From Octopus bimaculoides (lineage: Eukaryota): a DNA stretch of 64,000 bases. The position numbers were made by a program, and so were the translations under genes. The DNA is taken from assembly GCF_001194135.2 (NCBI RefSeq), contig NC_068981.1, forward strand, positions 18,195,382 to 18,259,381, given 5' to 3'. Positions 11,183 to 26,010 of the stretch are shown piece after piece; position 1 is the stretch's first letter; every line of letters starts with the position of its first letter. Under the pieces are notes generated by a model, which was not told the origin of the DNA, ran no database searches, and saw nothing but the letters and a program-made list of their open reading frames with translations.

Positions 11183-12639
11183 AACACATACATGCACCCA
11201 CACACACATGCACTCACAAACACACATACATGCACACACACACACTCACATGCACACACACGCGCACACAAACACACACTCACATGCACAAACACACATG
11301 CACACACATGCACATGCATACATGCACACACCTACAAACACACACAAACATACACATGTACCCACACACTCATGCACACACATACACACTCACATGCACA
11401 CACACATGCGCACACACATGCACATGCACATATGCACACATACACAAACACACACAAACATACACATGCACTCACAAACACACACACACACACACACATA
11501 CACACACACACATGCATGCGAGCGGTGGAAGTAAACTAATGATTGAATAAACTCCGTAAATCCCGGCAAATGTCGTGAGGGATGAGAAGAGAAGCAAAGA
11601 TGGAGGTGATGAGGTTTTAGAGTTTACCTTCATGATGCAAGATGATGATCAGAAGAGATAATAGGAACGGATGGTGATGTAGGATGGGTGTTTAAGTTTT
11701 ACAAGCATGTGAAAAGTGAGTGACAGATGATTAAAGATGGGGGTAGAGATGAGTGATGTGAATGTTGAACAAGGGTGGAGGCATGGGTGATGGCACATGG
11801 CCTAGTGGTTAGGGTATTGCACTCCCAGTCAAGAGATTGTGGTTTCAATTCCCAGACCAGCTGTGCATTGTGTTCTTGAGCAAGACACTTCATTTCACAT
11901 TGCCCCTGTCCATTCAGCTGTAGATGGATGACCTTGCAATGGATCGGCTTACAAGGATGAGATGGTGACTCAAGAAACCCACTTGGGTTACAGAAACCTC
12001 CTGAGCCATGTTATTTATTCAGTGACTGTGTACTGTGAATTTGAAATGGGTGGGATTGGTTGTTCAACCAGGTCGAAGGACGATTATGATGGTTGATGAT
12101 GATTATGATGGTTGATGGTTGATGGTTGATGGTTGATGGTTGATGGTAAATATGAGTTTTGTGGTGGTGGGGAATGGTGAGAGAAATAGAAGTGCTTCTG
12201 GAAGAGATGGGGAGGTGATAAGTGGCAATACTGATTGAAAACAAAAGTACAAAGACACGTACATACAGCAACACAAACGCACATACGTGAAAACACAGAA
12301 ACATACAAACACATGCAGACACTTACAAGCACTCACCAACAAGAAAGCACATACACACATACATACACACACATACATGCATGCATACATACATCCATAC
12401 ATACATGAAAACATATACAAGCACACACAAATGCTCACAAACACTCACGAGCACTCGCTAACACACAAACAGACACAAACACAGAAGATATTAGACTGAG
12501 GAGGACCAATTTCATATTGAAGTAATCTAAATTGCAGTTATTTGACATAATAACTTAGAACTGCCGCTAACTCTGTTGATGCTAAATCCCAAAACTGTTA
12601 TCAAAAGTTAATATCTGTTTGTTCTGTTGTTTTTGTTAG

Positions 12640-12708
12640 GACACTGATAATATTGAGAATTATCTGAAAGCTACTCATCTCCTGTTTAATCGTGCAGTAA
12701 AGATGCAG
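12640..12708 (+). CDS. Exon B of the UNC13-family-like gene
   Basis: Acceptor gttgtttttgttag|, donor |gtaggt, 69 nt, phase 0-0. Encodes DTDNIENYLKATHLLFNRAVKMQ (cf. Munc13 'YHVQYTCLHENLFH'). In frame with exons A and C. Confidence 0.65.
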
Positions 12709-12826
12709 GTAGGTAGGTCAACAGACATTTGTTCATTTCCACTACTTTGATTTCAACTGATTTATACCACTCGCACCCACCCTCATACCACTTTCTCTGT
12801 ACACACACACACACATGCACACATAT

Positions 12827-12865
<39 letters not shown>

Positions 12866-12906
12866 CATATCTCTCTCTCCCTCTCTCTCTCTCTCTNNNN
12901 NNNNNN

Positions 12907-12942
<36 letters not shown>

Positions 12943-12956
12943 CATACATACATACA

Positions 12957-12988
<32 letters not shown>

Positions 12989-13167
12989 AATGCATGCATA
13001 CATACGTATATATATATATATATAAATATTATTTGGATGTTTTTATGTATTTGTAGATTAGATTTAAGTCTGAAGAATATATATATGCCATGTGTGCAGT
13101 CTCTCTTCAAATATTGTCGCCATCAAACAATCCAGATTTATTAACTTACAATGCAATAGTATTAACA

Positions 13168-13202
<35 letters not shown>

Positions 13203-13823
13203 CATGATGATGATGATGATGATGATAATAGTAATAATAATAATAATAATTACAATAACAATGATGATGATGACGATGATGATGATGATAGTTAATAATG
13301 TTTTTGTATAAAGATTAATAATAATAAAAATGATGATGATGATGATGGTGATGTGGTGGTGGTGGTGGTGGAGGTGGTAGTAGTGGTAGTAGTGGTGGTG
13401 CTGGTGGGGATGAAGAAACATTTGTTTTAGACATGGCTGAGCATGTTTAGTTGTTATATAATCGCTTTGAGGGCCATAACTTTGTAGGAGTGATTATTTA
13501 TGGAACTTTCCATATGTATATAATATATATACATATACATATACATATACATATNNNNNNNNNNNNNNNNNNNNNNNNNNNNNNNNNNNNNNNNNNNNNN
13601 NNNNNNNNNNNNNNNNNNNNNNNNNNNNNNNNNNNNNNNNNNNNNNNNNNNNNNNNNNNNNNNNNNNNNNNNNNNNNNNNNNNNNNNNNNNNNNNNNNNN
13701 NNNNNNNNNNNNNNNNNNNNNNNNNNNNNNNNNNNNNNNNNNNNNNNNNNNNNNNNNNNNNNNNNNNNNNNNNNNNNNNNNNNNNNNNNNNNNNNNTATA
13801 TATATATATATATATGTCTGTAT

Positions 13824-13871
<48 letters not shown>

Positions 13872-13931
13872 ATGTATATATATATATGTGTGTGTGTGTA
13901 TATATATATATATATGTCTGTATATATATAT

Positions 13932-13971
<40 letters not shown>

Positions 13972-15827
13972 ATATATATGTGTGTGTATATATATATGTA
14001 TATATATATCTGTATGTACATGTGGTGTGTTGTAGTGTGCTGTGGTAAGGTGTTTTGGCTGTGTGTGTGTGCATGTGCGTGTGTGTGTCTGTTTGCACCT
14101 CTTTTTGTGTGTCTACCTATCCCTATCCCTCTCTCTCATAATATCTATATTTTTATATATCTGTACATAGATTTAAATGTATTTTATCATCATCGTCGTT
14201 GTCGTCTTCGTCATCATCTCCACCACCACCACTAAAACCACCACCACCACCACCATATTCATCATCATCATCGTCATCATTATCATCTTTTAATATCTGC
14301 CTTTCATACTGGCATCAATTGGACAATTTGACAGGATCTGATGGGTTGAAGGTCTGCATCATGTGCCAGTGTCTGCTTTGGCATGGTTTTTAAAGCTGGA
14401 TGCCCTTCCTAATGCTACCCACTTCACTGAGGATCCTGGGTACTTCTTTCATGGCACCAGCACTAGTGAAGTTGCCCTGTAGCTTGCAAGACTAAGATCC
14501 TCATTGATTGAGTGGGGGNNNNNNNNNNNNNNNNNNNNNNNNNNNNNNNNNNNNNNNNNNNNNNNNNNNNNNNNNNNNNNNNNNNNNNNNNNNNNNNNNN
14601 NNNNNNNNNNNNNNNNNNNNNNNNNNNNNNNNNNNNNNNNNNNNNNNNNNNNNNNNNNNNNNNNNNNNNNNNNNNNNNNNNNNNNNNNNNNNNNNNNNNN
14701 NNNNNNNNNNNNNNNNNNNNNNNNNNNNNNNNNNNNNNNNNNNNNNNNNNNNNNNNNNNNNNNNNNNNNNNNNNNNNNNNNNNNNNNNNNNNNNNNNNNN
14801 NNNNNNNNNNNNNNNNNNNNNNNNNNNNNNNNNNNNNNNNNNNNNNNNNNNNNNNNNNNNNNNNNNNNNNNNNNNNNNNNNNNNNNNNNNNNNNNNNNNN
14901 NNNNNNNNNNNNNNNNNNNNNNNNNNNNNNNNNNNNNNNNNNNNNNNNNNNNNNNNNNNNNNNNNNNNNNNNNNNNNNNNNNNNNNNNNNNNNNNNNNNN
15001 NNNNNNNNNNNNNNNNNNNNNNNNNNNNNNNNNNNNNNNNNNNNNNNNNNNNNNNNNNNNNNNNNNNNNNNNNNNNNNNNNNNNNNNNNNNNNNNNNNNN
15101 NNNNNNNNNNNNNNNNNNNNNNNNNNNNNNNNNNNNNNNNNNNNNNNNNNNNNNNNNNNNNNNNNNNNNNNNNNNNNNNNNNNNNNNNNNNNNNNNACTG
15201 GTACTTAATTTATCAACCCTGAAAAGATGAAAGGCAAAGTCAACCTCGGTGGAATTTGAGCTTAGAACATAAAGACAGACAAAATACTGCTAAGCATTTC
15301 GCCCGGAGTGCTAACGTTTCTTATTTCTTTACTGCCCACAAGGGGCTACACACAGAGGGGACAAACACGGACAGACAAAGGGATTAAGTCGATTATACCA
15401 ACCCCAGTGTGTAACTGGTACTTATTTAATCGACCCTGAAAGGACAAAAGGCAAAGTTGACCTTGGCGGAATTTGAACTCAGAATGTAAAGACAGACGAA
15501 ATACCACTAAGCATTTTGCCCGGCGTGCTAACAATTCTGCCAGCTCACCGGGGATGTTGGTGGTGAATGTATTGGCCATGATAAAAAAAGAATGGCAAAA
15601 ATATACAAAAAAAAATAGCAAACAAACTTAACTCTGCTTATAAATCTATGTTATGTATAAAAAGTTTTATTAGGTGCACTCAGTTGTCACTCACGAGTGA
15701 TCATGACCCAATGGCGATGATGATAGAATGCAGTACAATTTTTTTCTGGTCATCTCTGAATCCTGTCACACAACTCCTGCTGTATACTTTTTGACCATTT
15801 ATTTCCCAATATCATAATACAGTCACG

Positions 15828-16480
15828 TTAGCACACCGGGCGAAACCCTTAGTGGTGTATCATCTGTCTTTACATTCTGAGTTCAAATTCTGCTGAGATC
15901 GACTTTGCTTTTCATCCTTTTGGGGTTGATAAATTAAGTACCAGTTGTGTACTGGGTTGATATAATTGAATGGCCCGCACCCCCACCCCCAAAAAATTTC
16001 GGGCCTTGTGCCTAGAGTAGAAAAGAATATTTTTAAAAAGGCAGCAAGCTGGCAGAGTTGTTAGCACACCGGGTGAAATGCTTAGTGGTATTTTGTCTTG
16101 TCTTTACGTTCTGAGTTCAAATTCCACTGAGGTCAACTTTGCCTTTCATCCTTTCGGGGTCGATTAAATAAGTACCAATTATGCACTGGGGTCGATATAA
16201 TTGACTTAATCTGTTTGTCTGTCCTAGTTTGTCCCCTCTGTGTTTTTCCCCTTGTGGGCAATAAAGAAATAAGAAACATTAGTATGCCGGGCGAAATGCT
16301 TAGTGGTGTTTCATCTGTCTTTATGTTCTGAGTTCAAATTCTGCTGAGGTCAACTTTGCCTTTCATCCTTTTGGGGTCAATAAATCAAGTACCATTTATG
16401 TATTGGGAGGTCGATCTAATCAACTGGTCCCCTCCCCACCAAATTTTGTGCCTTGTGCTTAAAGTAGAAAAGAATATAAT
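15828..16480 (+). repeat. Head-to-tail cluster of 3-4 type-B SINE copies
   Basis: 'GTTAGCAC..CGGG.GAAA...TTCTGAGTTCAAATTC' recurs at about 15830, 16060 and 16280. Confidence 0.85.
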
Positions 16481-17197
16481 ATAGTCAATTCCCAAATTTT
16501 AATTTCTGTCTAATCATCCAATATAACATAACTCACACAACACACTCTCCTTCCAGTAAAATAACACACCAAGGTAGCTCCTATGTGGTCATCTGCCCTG
16601 CTAGAAATATCAACCAAATTATCCCGAAACACACCTTTGTCATATGTAGTTGGAATCATACTTATATACTCACACAATTCTTCAGACACAGCTGCACAGC
16701 TACTCCAAACTGACATCAGTCACCTCAAAACTTTGACTCCAAAGTAATAGAATTAAATTAGCTGCTACCAAATTCAGTGTCTCCCTCCATAAACCAAAAC
16801 TTTGGCATCCTTCCTAATTTCTTATGCTTGCTTATATTTCAAGGACGATGGCTATTCTCTTCACTTAAGTATAATAAGTACCTTCTGACTTAGTCTGTTT
16901 CTCATCAGCCACCACAGATAATTTGTAATTAGGACCTTGGCTCAAGTCCATTTGCAAGAACTACCAAATAATAATAATGGAACTGTGGTTTGAGGGAACA
17001 CTGGAACAACTTCTTGGTAACTTTGTCTTCAGTTCCACAGGCATGCACTACTACGGTATATCAAGTTATTAAAGAGGTACCCAGACAATTGTGGTAGAGT
17101 CTAAATATGATATCATCTGTCTACGAGGCTGTGTGTGTATTGAAGGTGTGTGGGAAGGTCGTGTAGGCACAGGTTTAAAAGAATGGGCAAGAGGGTG

Positions 17198-17240
<43 letters not shown>

Positions 17241-18807
17241 GTCATCATCATTTAACATCTGTTGCTAGCATGGGTTGGACAGTTTGACTGAAAACTGGTA
17301 AATTGAGGAGCTGCACCAGGTTCCAATCTGATTTAACATGGTTTCTACAGCTGGATGCCCTTCCTAATGCCAACCACTCCAAGACTATAGAGGGTGCTTT
17401 TTATGTGCCACTGGTGCCAGGTATGAAACACTGGCATCAGCCCATGACTACTATCTCACTTAGTTTGACAGGTCTTCTCAAGTACAGTAAATTGCCACAG
17501 GTCTCAGTCCCTTGTCACTGCCTCCATGAGGCCCAAAGTTCGAAAAGTGCTTTTTATGTGCCAGCGGCATGGGTACCAGGTATGTGACACTGGCATCAGC
17601 CATGACTACAGTTTCATTTGGCTTGATGGGTCTTCTAAAGATCACCCAATGTTCAAAGATTGCGTTTTACCTTTAGTATTCAGATTTCTCTTTCAAATGT
17701 AATGTGTTTGTATTAATCACATATTATCTCACTGCTTTGAGATTTTGATGATGTAACTGTCTATTTTAAAATGACATTATAGGGTAGGTGTGAGGTGCCA
17801 GATCTGGCTGGTTTGAACATAAAACAGGTACAATATTTGGATCAGATATGGCCAGTTTAAATGTCAAAAGGTTAAGCTATGTAAGAGGTCAGATAGTGGT
17901 ATTAAAGTGGGCAATAGATTAAGTCTATCACCCAAGTAGGCCATGGTGGCATTTGAACTCAGAATGCAAAGAGCCAGGGCAAATATTGTAAAGAATCAAG
18001 TCTGACATTCTTACAGTTCCACCAATGCACTTCCTTGGATTGATACCGTTTTATCAACCTCCAAAAAGAAAAAGCAAAAAAAGCTGAGCTTGAACTCAGA
18101 GTGCAGGAAGTCAGGATAAGTACCATGAAGAATTCTATCTGATGTTCTAATAGCTCTGTAAATTTGTCAGGAGTAAAATGGGTTGTAAATTCTGGATGAA
18201 TTGTTGTGGATCTATGGTCTAAGGATGAATACCGGAGCAGCTTTTCATCAACTTCTCCCGTGTCGCAGACCTATTTCAGTACAACGCTTTTAATGATTGA
18301 ATCAATTACATAATGAAATAATCGCTAATTAAATAAGGCTCCTACTGCACCATTGTCTCTAAATATGTACAGTGTCAGTGATAGAAGCAATAAAACAGCA
18401 GCCCTTAACTCTTTAGGCTACCATTTGATCATCTATATCTCTTCAGCTCTCCCACTATAATGGTTTAATAGTTTCAAATTTTAGCACAAAACCAGCAATT
18501 TTTATGGGAGTGGCTGACTGATACTTATTTTATTAACCCCTAAAAGAATGAAAGCAAAAGAGCCCAAAGAAATGTCACTAAGCTTCTTACCTATCAGGTT
18601 AATGATTCTGCTAGCTCGTTTACTTTCCTTCCCACTTTAACAATGACTAATTTCATTGCAAAGGGCATTACAGCCTGATACCCTGCGTAACACGATTTTT
18701 GTCCTTGAATAGCTACTGTTGCTTCCTATTTGCTTACCCCTAGAAAGTATTCAAAATGGCTAATATTTCCTTCAAAATTTGCTTTTATTACATTTATTTA
18801 AAGCCCA

Positions 18808-18897
18808 AAGAATCCCTCCCAGCACTTGGCTAAGAAGGATTCTCAGCACATGGCTAAGAATCCCTCTCAGCACATGGCTAAGAATCCCTCTCAGCAC
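18808..18897 (+). repeat. 24-bp minisatellite, about 3.7 copies
   Basis: Unit AAGAATCCCTCTCAGCACATGGCT repeated. Confidence 0.9.
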
Positions 18898-19809
18898 ACG
18901 TTCCCCGCTACTTCTGCTCATGATCAGAGATGCACGTATCGTCAGCCACTAAAGGACATGCTCAACTGGTTAAGCTCAGGAGTGGCTGTGTGGTAAGTAG
19001 CTTGCTTACCAGCCACATGGTTCCGGGTTCATTCCCACTGTGTGGCACCTTGGGCAAGTGTCTTCTACTATAGCCTCGGGCCGACCAAAGCCTTGTGAGT
19101 GGATTTGGGAGACAGAAACTGAAAGAAGCCTGTTGTATATATGTATGTGTATATATATATATATATATATATNNNNNNNNNNNNNNNNNNNNNNNNNNNN
19201 NNNNNNNNNNNNNNNNNNNNNNNNNNNNNNNNNNNNNNNNNNNNNNNNNNNNNNNNNNNNNNNNNNNNNNNNNNNNNNNNNNNNNNNNNNNNNNNNNNNN
19301 NNNNNNNNNNNNNNNNNNNNNNNNNNNNNNNNNNNNNNNNNNNNNNNNNNNNNNNNNNNNNNNNNNNNNNNNNNNNNNNNNNNNNNNNNNNNNNNNNNNN
19401 NNNNNNNNNNNNNNNNNNNNNNNNNNNNNNNNNNNNNNNNNNNNNNNNNNNNNNNNNNNNNNNNNNNNNNNNNNNNNNNNNNNNNNNNNNNNNNNNNNNN
19501 NNNNNNNNNNNNNNNNNNNNNNNNNNNNNNNNNNNNNNNNNTATGTTTACGTTCCTGTAACTTAGTGGTTTGGCAAAAGAGACCGATAGAATAAGTACTA
19601 GGCTTACAAAGAATAAGCTCTGGGGTTGATTTGCTCGACTTTAAAGGCGGTGCTCCAGCATGGCCGCAGTCAAATGACTGAAACAAGCAAAAGAGAGCAA
19701 AAGAGAGTATAGTGAGTTATGTGTTTCTCTTTTTGAAAGCAAACATTTTAATGTAATTTCATGCAGTGTCACTAATGAATAAACACCTCAATGTTGTTAT
19801 TTCTCACAG

Positions 19810-19916
19810 ACACCTGCTGCCAACAGAATTAACAATCTCCTCTCACAGCACAGTCAACGTATCCTGGACATCTATGCCACCTCACACCAAATCTCAAAAC
19901 TTTCGCAGGCAATCGT
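19810..19916 (+). CDS. Exon C of the UNC13-family-like gene
   Basis: Acceptor ttatttctcacag|, donor |gtaagt, 107 nt, phase 0-2. Encodes TPAANRINNLLSQHSQRILDIYATSHQISKLSQAI(V) (cf. Munc13 '[21 protein letters not shown]'). Confidence 0.7.
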
Positions 19917-22555
19917 GTAAGTAGATATTCAAGTTATAATTGTTATGAATATTATCATCATCACCGTCGTCATCATCATCGTTTAAAATTCACTTTTCCA
20001 TAGTTGCATATGTCAAATGGAATTTGTCGAGACAGACAGACTACAATCAAATGCTCTTCCTGTTACCAAAGCCTCATCTATTTCCAAGTAAAGTAATTTT
20101 TCTCCATGGCCAGAAGACTGAAAATGAACAACACTGCTTGTATGATGATGATGCTTGTTAACAACTATGATGTCAGCACAAAGGTACATACAAACAGACA
20201 AGTACATACATCATCATCATCATCATCGTCGTTTAACGTACGCTTTCCATGCTGGCATGGGTTGGACGATTTGACTAAGGACTGGTGAACCAGATGGCTG
20301 CACCAGGCTCCAATCTGATCTGGTAGAGTTTCTACAGCTGGATGCCCTTCCTAATGGCAACCACTCCGAGAGTGTAGTGGGTGCTTTTACGTGCCACCAG
20401 CATGAGGGCCAGTCCGGCGGTATATACATAAATACATCAGTTTCAAATTTTGGCACAAGGCCTGCAAGTTTGGGGAAGGGGCTAAGTCGATTCCATCGAC
20501 CCCAATCCTCACATGGTACTTATTTTATTGACCCCAAAATGATGAAAGGCAAAGTCAACCTTGGTGGAATTTGAACTCAGAACACAAAGACAGATGAAAT
20601 GCTGCTAAGTATTTTACCCAGCATGCTAATGATTCTGCCAGCTTGACACCTTATATACATAAACATGTAGCAGAACGGATTGATAAGATGAAAGAAAGCA
20701 AATTATTTTCCCTGCTTGGGATTTATAGTTGTTGTTGGGATGTAGCAGAGAACACTTAGCTATAAAGACCAGGTTGTAACCATTGTTCTGATTGGTTAGT
20801 TTTTAGGTGCAAAATGTCTCCTAAACAATTGTGTCAAATAACACGGACAACTAATCAGATGTGCTAAAATGGATCCCGTGTTCTCTTGGCAGAAAAGCTT
20901 TCACCAGCTTCTGGGAGCCTTCTGATCTCTTGAAGAATGGCAATTCGTGACCACACACAACTCATCTCTGTCAACGATGTTCTAACACCAGCCAGTCTCC
21001 ACTTTCATCTTCTCCACCTGTCTACATCATTGCTGTATGAACATCACATGACCAACAGACCAATGGCTGCCTCCACCAAACAGTCCCTCCACCAAACAGT
21101 TCATCAACTACATTTACTAGATCAACAGCTCAGCCTAGCCATGAAGTCTCTCACACATCCTTGTTGTAACCTGTTATATTATTTTATTTCATGTATGGCA
21201 ATCATTGTATTTTATAACAGAGAATAAATCGTCACTTACTAGTTCATTTCATCTCAAGTTATATATCCACTTTCACATTTTCTTCATTCACCAATCGTTA
21301 TAAACCTAGCAAAAGGATCACAGATCCTTCCTGAGTCATATGAATATATATTCTTCGCTGGACAGGATACCTGTCCATTGTAGGATTACTCATTTTTACC
21401 TACTGAATGATTTTTACCTGGTGCAAAGTGAAATGAGGGGTTTTACTCAAGAACACAATGCTTTGCCTGGCTCCTGGAACCAAGACCATAGTCTTAGGAC
21501 TGGACCCTAGCCCCTATGGTTGGGAAGCAAGCTTTTTAACCATACAACTATCCCTGAGCCTATGAGAGGTACAGGGTGTGATCTTCTTTAGCTGCCAGCT
21601 GGCAACATTTTGTTTCATCTTCAAAGAGTATTTGCCCAATATTCTAGGCTGTTTTCACAGCTTTTCCACATTCAAGATTTACTTTATTTTACTCTTTTAC
21701 TTGTTTCAGTCATTTGACTGTGGCCATGCTGGAGTACTGCCTTTAGTTGAGCAAATCGACCCCAGGACTTATTCTTTGGATGCATAGTACTTATTCTATC
21801 AATCACTTTTTGCCAAACCGCTAAGTACGGGGACATAAACACACCAGCATTGGTTGTCAAGCAATGCTAGGGGGACAAACACACAAACATACACACACAC
21901 ATACATATATATACATATATACGACGGGCTTCTTTCAGTTTCCATCTACCAAATCCACTAACAAGGCTTTGTTCAGCCCGAGGCTATAGTAGAAGACACT
22001 TGCCCAAGGTGTCACGCAGTGGGAGTGAACCCGGAACCATGTGGTTCGTAAGCAAGCTACTTACCACACAGCCATTCCTGCACCTTTATTTTCTGTAAGG
22101 TATAAAGATGTTTAATGTAGAAGGTCATAGTGGTCTATGCTAATATTTTGAATTGATAAGGCGGTGAGCTGGTAGAAACTTTAGCACGCTAGGCGAAATA
22201 CTTGGTGGTATTTTGTCTGTCTTTATGTTCTGAGTTCAAATTCTGCTGAGGTCGACATTGCCTTTCATCCTTTCATGGCTGATAAATTAAGTACCAGTTA
22301 CATACTGGGGCTGATCTAATCGACTGCCCCACACCTCCCCCAAAATTTCGGGCCTTGTGGCTAGAATAGAAAAGAATATTTTGAAAGGAGTGGCTATGTG
22401 GTAAGTAGCTTGCTTACGAACCACATGATTCCGGGTTCAATCCCACTGCGTGACACCTTCGGCAAGTGTCTTCTACTATAGCCTTGGGCCGACCAAAGCC
22501 TTGTGAGTGGATTTAGTAGACAGAAACTGAAAGAAGCCCATCAAATATATGTATG

Positions 22556-22586
<31 letters not shown>

Positions 22587-23526
22587 AATATACATATATA
22601 TATATGTATGTGTGTGTGTATGTTTGTGTGTCTGTGTTTGTCCCCCCCAACATTACTTGACAACTGATGCTAGTGTGTTACATCCACGTAACTCAGCAGT
22701 TTGGCAAAAGAGACCGATAGAATGTGTGGAAGCATCTTGGAGTTCAGGAAGGCCCATATTTTGTCTTTTCAAGGGCATGACAGCCTCCCTAGTGCCATGA
22801 AAAAAATGTGCCCATAAAAATGATTGACATTAGAGAGGGCATCAGGCCCTTTCTAATGTTTACTATTTATTTGTTAAATGAAAACGGAGGAAAAGAGCAC
22901 GGTTTTCTGGCTATGCCTAGGAGGGAAGTAAACTAAATGAGAAATTTCTCAGATCGTTATAATCTGTCCAAGTCTTGACTGTGTAGAAAGTAAATGTAAA
23001 ATGACTGGTAACAATGATGACATACATATATACCATGGACAAGTATCTTCTAGTGTGGCTCATTGTATATGTACATGAGTGTATATAAGGTGTGTGTGTG
23101 TGTGTGTGTGTGTGTGCATATGCATGTATGTATATGTATATATTCTGATCCAGTCAATGTTGCAATCGTTTGATGCATAAATGCTCCATGTTGCATGCTT
23201 GATATTGTAAATGAGTTGTAAATATTTCATAAACAATAGAACTATTTAAATGCGTATTCAGCTATGCATTCAAATATACTGGTGAATAACACAATCTATA
23301 TAACTATACATTAAACAAAATATCTAATAATCTCTTTCTCTTCATGCACACAACACAACATACACAAACAGAAATACACACATGTACACTCACATATATA
23401 ATATGTACATATATACATCAACAGGAATCCACCCCAATGAAAAAACAAATATATAAATACTGCAATGGGAATATGTTCTATACATACATACATACATACA
23501 CACACACACATATATACATATACAAA

Positions 23527-23584
<58 letters not shown>

Positions 23585-23611
23585 NNNNNNNNNNNNNNNN
23601 NNNNNNNATAT

Positions 23612-23653
<42 letters not shown>

Positions 23654-23823
23654 GCATATATATATACGCACATGTATATACTATATATATATACATATAC
23701 AGATACATATAGATATATACATATATAAATAAACATATATACATATATACACATACATATATATATATACATATATATATGTATATATATATGTATATAT
23801 GTATATATATATACATATATAAA

Positions 23824-23920
<97 letters not shown>

Positions 23921-24116
23921 TATATATATATCTATAAATATGTATATATAATATATATATAATGTGTGTATATATATATATATATATTATATATATAAAT
24001 GTATGTATACTCACACATACACACACACACATATATATATATGTATATATGGTCAATTTGTTTGTTGTCCATTTTCTGCCTATTTTATTTTATACATGCA
24101 CATGCACACACACATG

Positions 24117-24195
<79 letters not shown>

Positions 24196-24405
24196 NNNNN
24201 NNNNNNNNNNNNNNNNNNNNNNNNNNNNNNNNNNNNNNNNNNNNNNNNNNNNNNNNNNNNNNNNNNNNNNNNNNNNNNNNNNNNNNNNNNNNNNNNNNNN
24301 NNNNNNNNNNNNNNNNNNNNNNNNNNNNNNNNNNNNNNNNNNNNNNNNNNNNNNNAAAATTTATTCAATCATTAGAAACAAACACATTGGCAATATAATA
24401 CCCAT

Positions 24406-24461
<56 letters not shown>

Positions 24462-24574
24462 ACACACACAGACACACACACTTTGCTCTTTTATAGCACA
24501 TAACAAAAGGCAGAATGATTTCTGCATTTATGATCCTATATACATATAATATATTCTGGATAATTCACTGACAG

Positions 24575-24658
24575 TACAAGGATTTAATTGCATTACAAAT
24601 AGTATGCACAGTGAAGCTTAACGTCATGGAAAGATTTTGCCTATCAAGCATCAAAACG
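24575..24658 (+). CDS. Probable exon of the UNC13-family-like gene
   Basis: cactgacag| ... |gtaacc, 84 nt, phase 0-0. Encodes YKDLIALQIVCTVKLNVMERFCLSSIKT, which joins the next exon as 'RFCLSSIKTLFRQAYRNFP'. Confidence 0.5.
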
Positions 24659-24923
24659 GTAACCATTCACTGAATTACATACTGATTTTCATCTATGAAA
24701 TTGGCATTATGATAATGAATGTGAAATAATTTAATTTTTATATTTAATAATTAACATATATATATATATATATAGTTCAGTCTGCATAACATTGCCGATC
24801 TTGCCTATTTGCATATGCATTATGCCAAATCACCTGTCTACTTCACATGAATATATAAATGTACACGCTCATAGATTATATATACAGGGATGGCCATAAG
24901 TTGGTTTACCCATTTCTAATAAT

Positions 24924-25289
24924 AACAAGAGCACTCAGAGAGGGCAAACCTCTGCCAAGGCAACACCGATGTTGTCTCAACGATTAGGTGGAGATGATTT
25001 TTTAAAATGAGACTATCTGAAATAAACTTGACTGCTCTCACAAACAAAAATGAACCCAACCGCTCTCAAAAATTAAGTAGAAAAGACGGAAAAACAATTC
25101 AGAATCTTTGTCTGGTACTGAATTGATCCCAAAATCTAATCGGTTTGTGCCTACCATGAGGCCAAACATCCCTGAAAGTTTCATCCGAATTCATCCTGCG
25201 GTTCTTGAGATATCTTGTCCATGGACAAACAAACAAACAAACACGACTGAAAACAAGACCTCTGCCTTCACTAAGGCGGAGGTAATAAT
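24924..25289 (+). mobile_element. Helentron/HINE (DINE-1/pearl-like) non-autonomous element
   Basis: Starts AACAAGAG, has subterminal ACCTCTGCC (24948), an internal (ACAA)n microsatellite and the 3' hairpin ACCTCTGCCTT-CACT-AAGGCGGAGGT (25258-25283), followed by AATAATAA. Confidence 0.6.
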
Positions 25290-25958
25290 AAAGAAATGGG
25301 TAGAGCGACTTATTGCCATCCCTGTATATATCATCATCATCTTCATCATCATCATCATCTTCATCATCATCATCATCTTCATCATCATCATCATCTTCAT
25401 CATCGTCATCATCTTCATCATCATCATCATCATCATTTAATGACCGTTCTCCATGCTGGCACGGGTTAGACAATATGATGGGTGCTGGTAAGCTGGAGAG
25501 ATACACCAGGCTCCAGTTGTCTGTTTTGGCTAGGTTTCTATGGCTGGATGCCCTTCCTGATGCCAACCACTTTACAGAGGGTACTGGGTGTCTCCTGCAT
25601 GTCATTGATACTGGTGCTCTTTTATATGTTGCCAGCATGGGTGCTCTTAAGGTATCATTGGCACGAGTACCTTTTACATATTACCAGCATCGGTGCAGTT
25701 TATGTGCCACCTTCATGGACACATTCTATGAGTCACTGGCACAGTTACCTTTTATGTGTTATTAGCACGATGTGTGTATATATATATATATATATACACA
25801 CAGTAGTGGCTGTGTGGTAAGTAGCTTGCTTACGAACCACATGGTTCCGGGTTCAGTCCCACTGCGTGGCACCTTGGGCAAGTGTCTTCTACTATAGCCT
25901 CGGGCCGACCAAAGCCTTGTGAGTGGATTTGGTAGACGGAAACTGAAAGAAGTCCATC

Positions 25959-26010
<52 letters not shown>

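Noticed and set aside
16895-16915. CTGATGA on the minus strand
   Set aside because: It is followed directly by GAAAC with no helix II and no palindromic helix III.
18900-18950. CTGACGA on the minus strand
   Set aside because: The downstream sequence is GAAG, not GAAA, and helix I and helix III are absent.
21595-21630. Possible missing phase-2 exon 'CQLATFCFIFK'
   Set aside because: The acceptor is plausible but it ends in phase 2 and the similarity is too weak to call.
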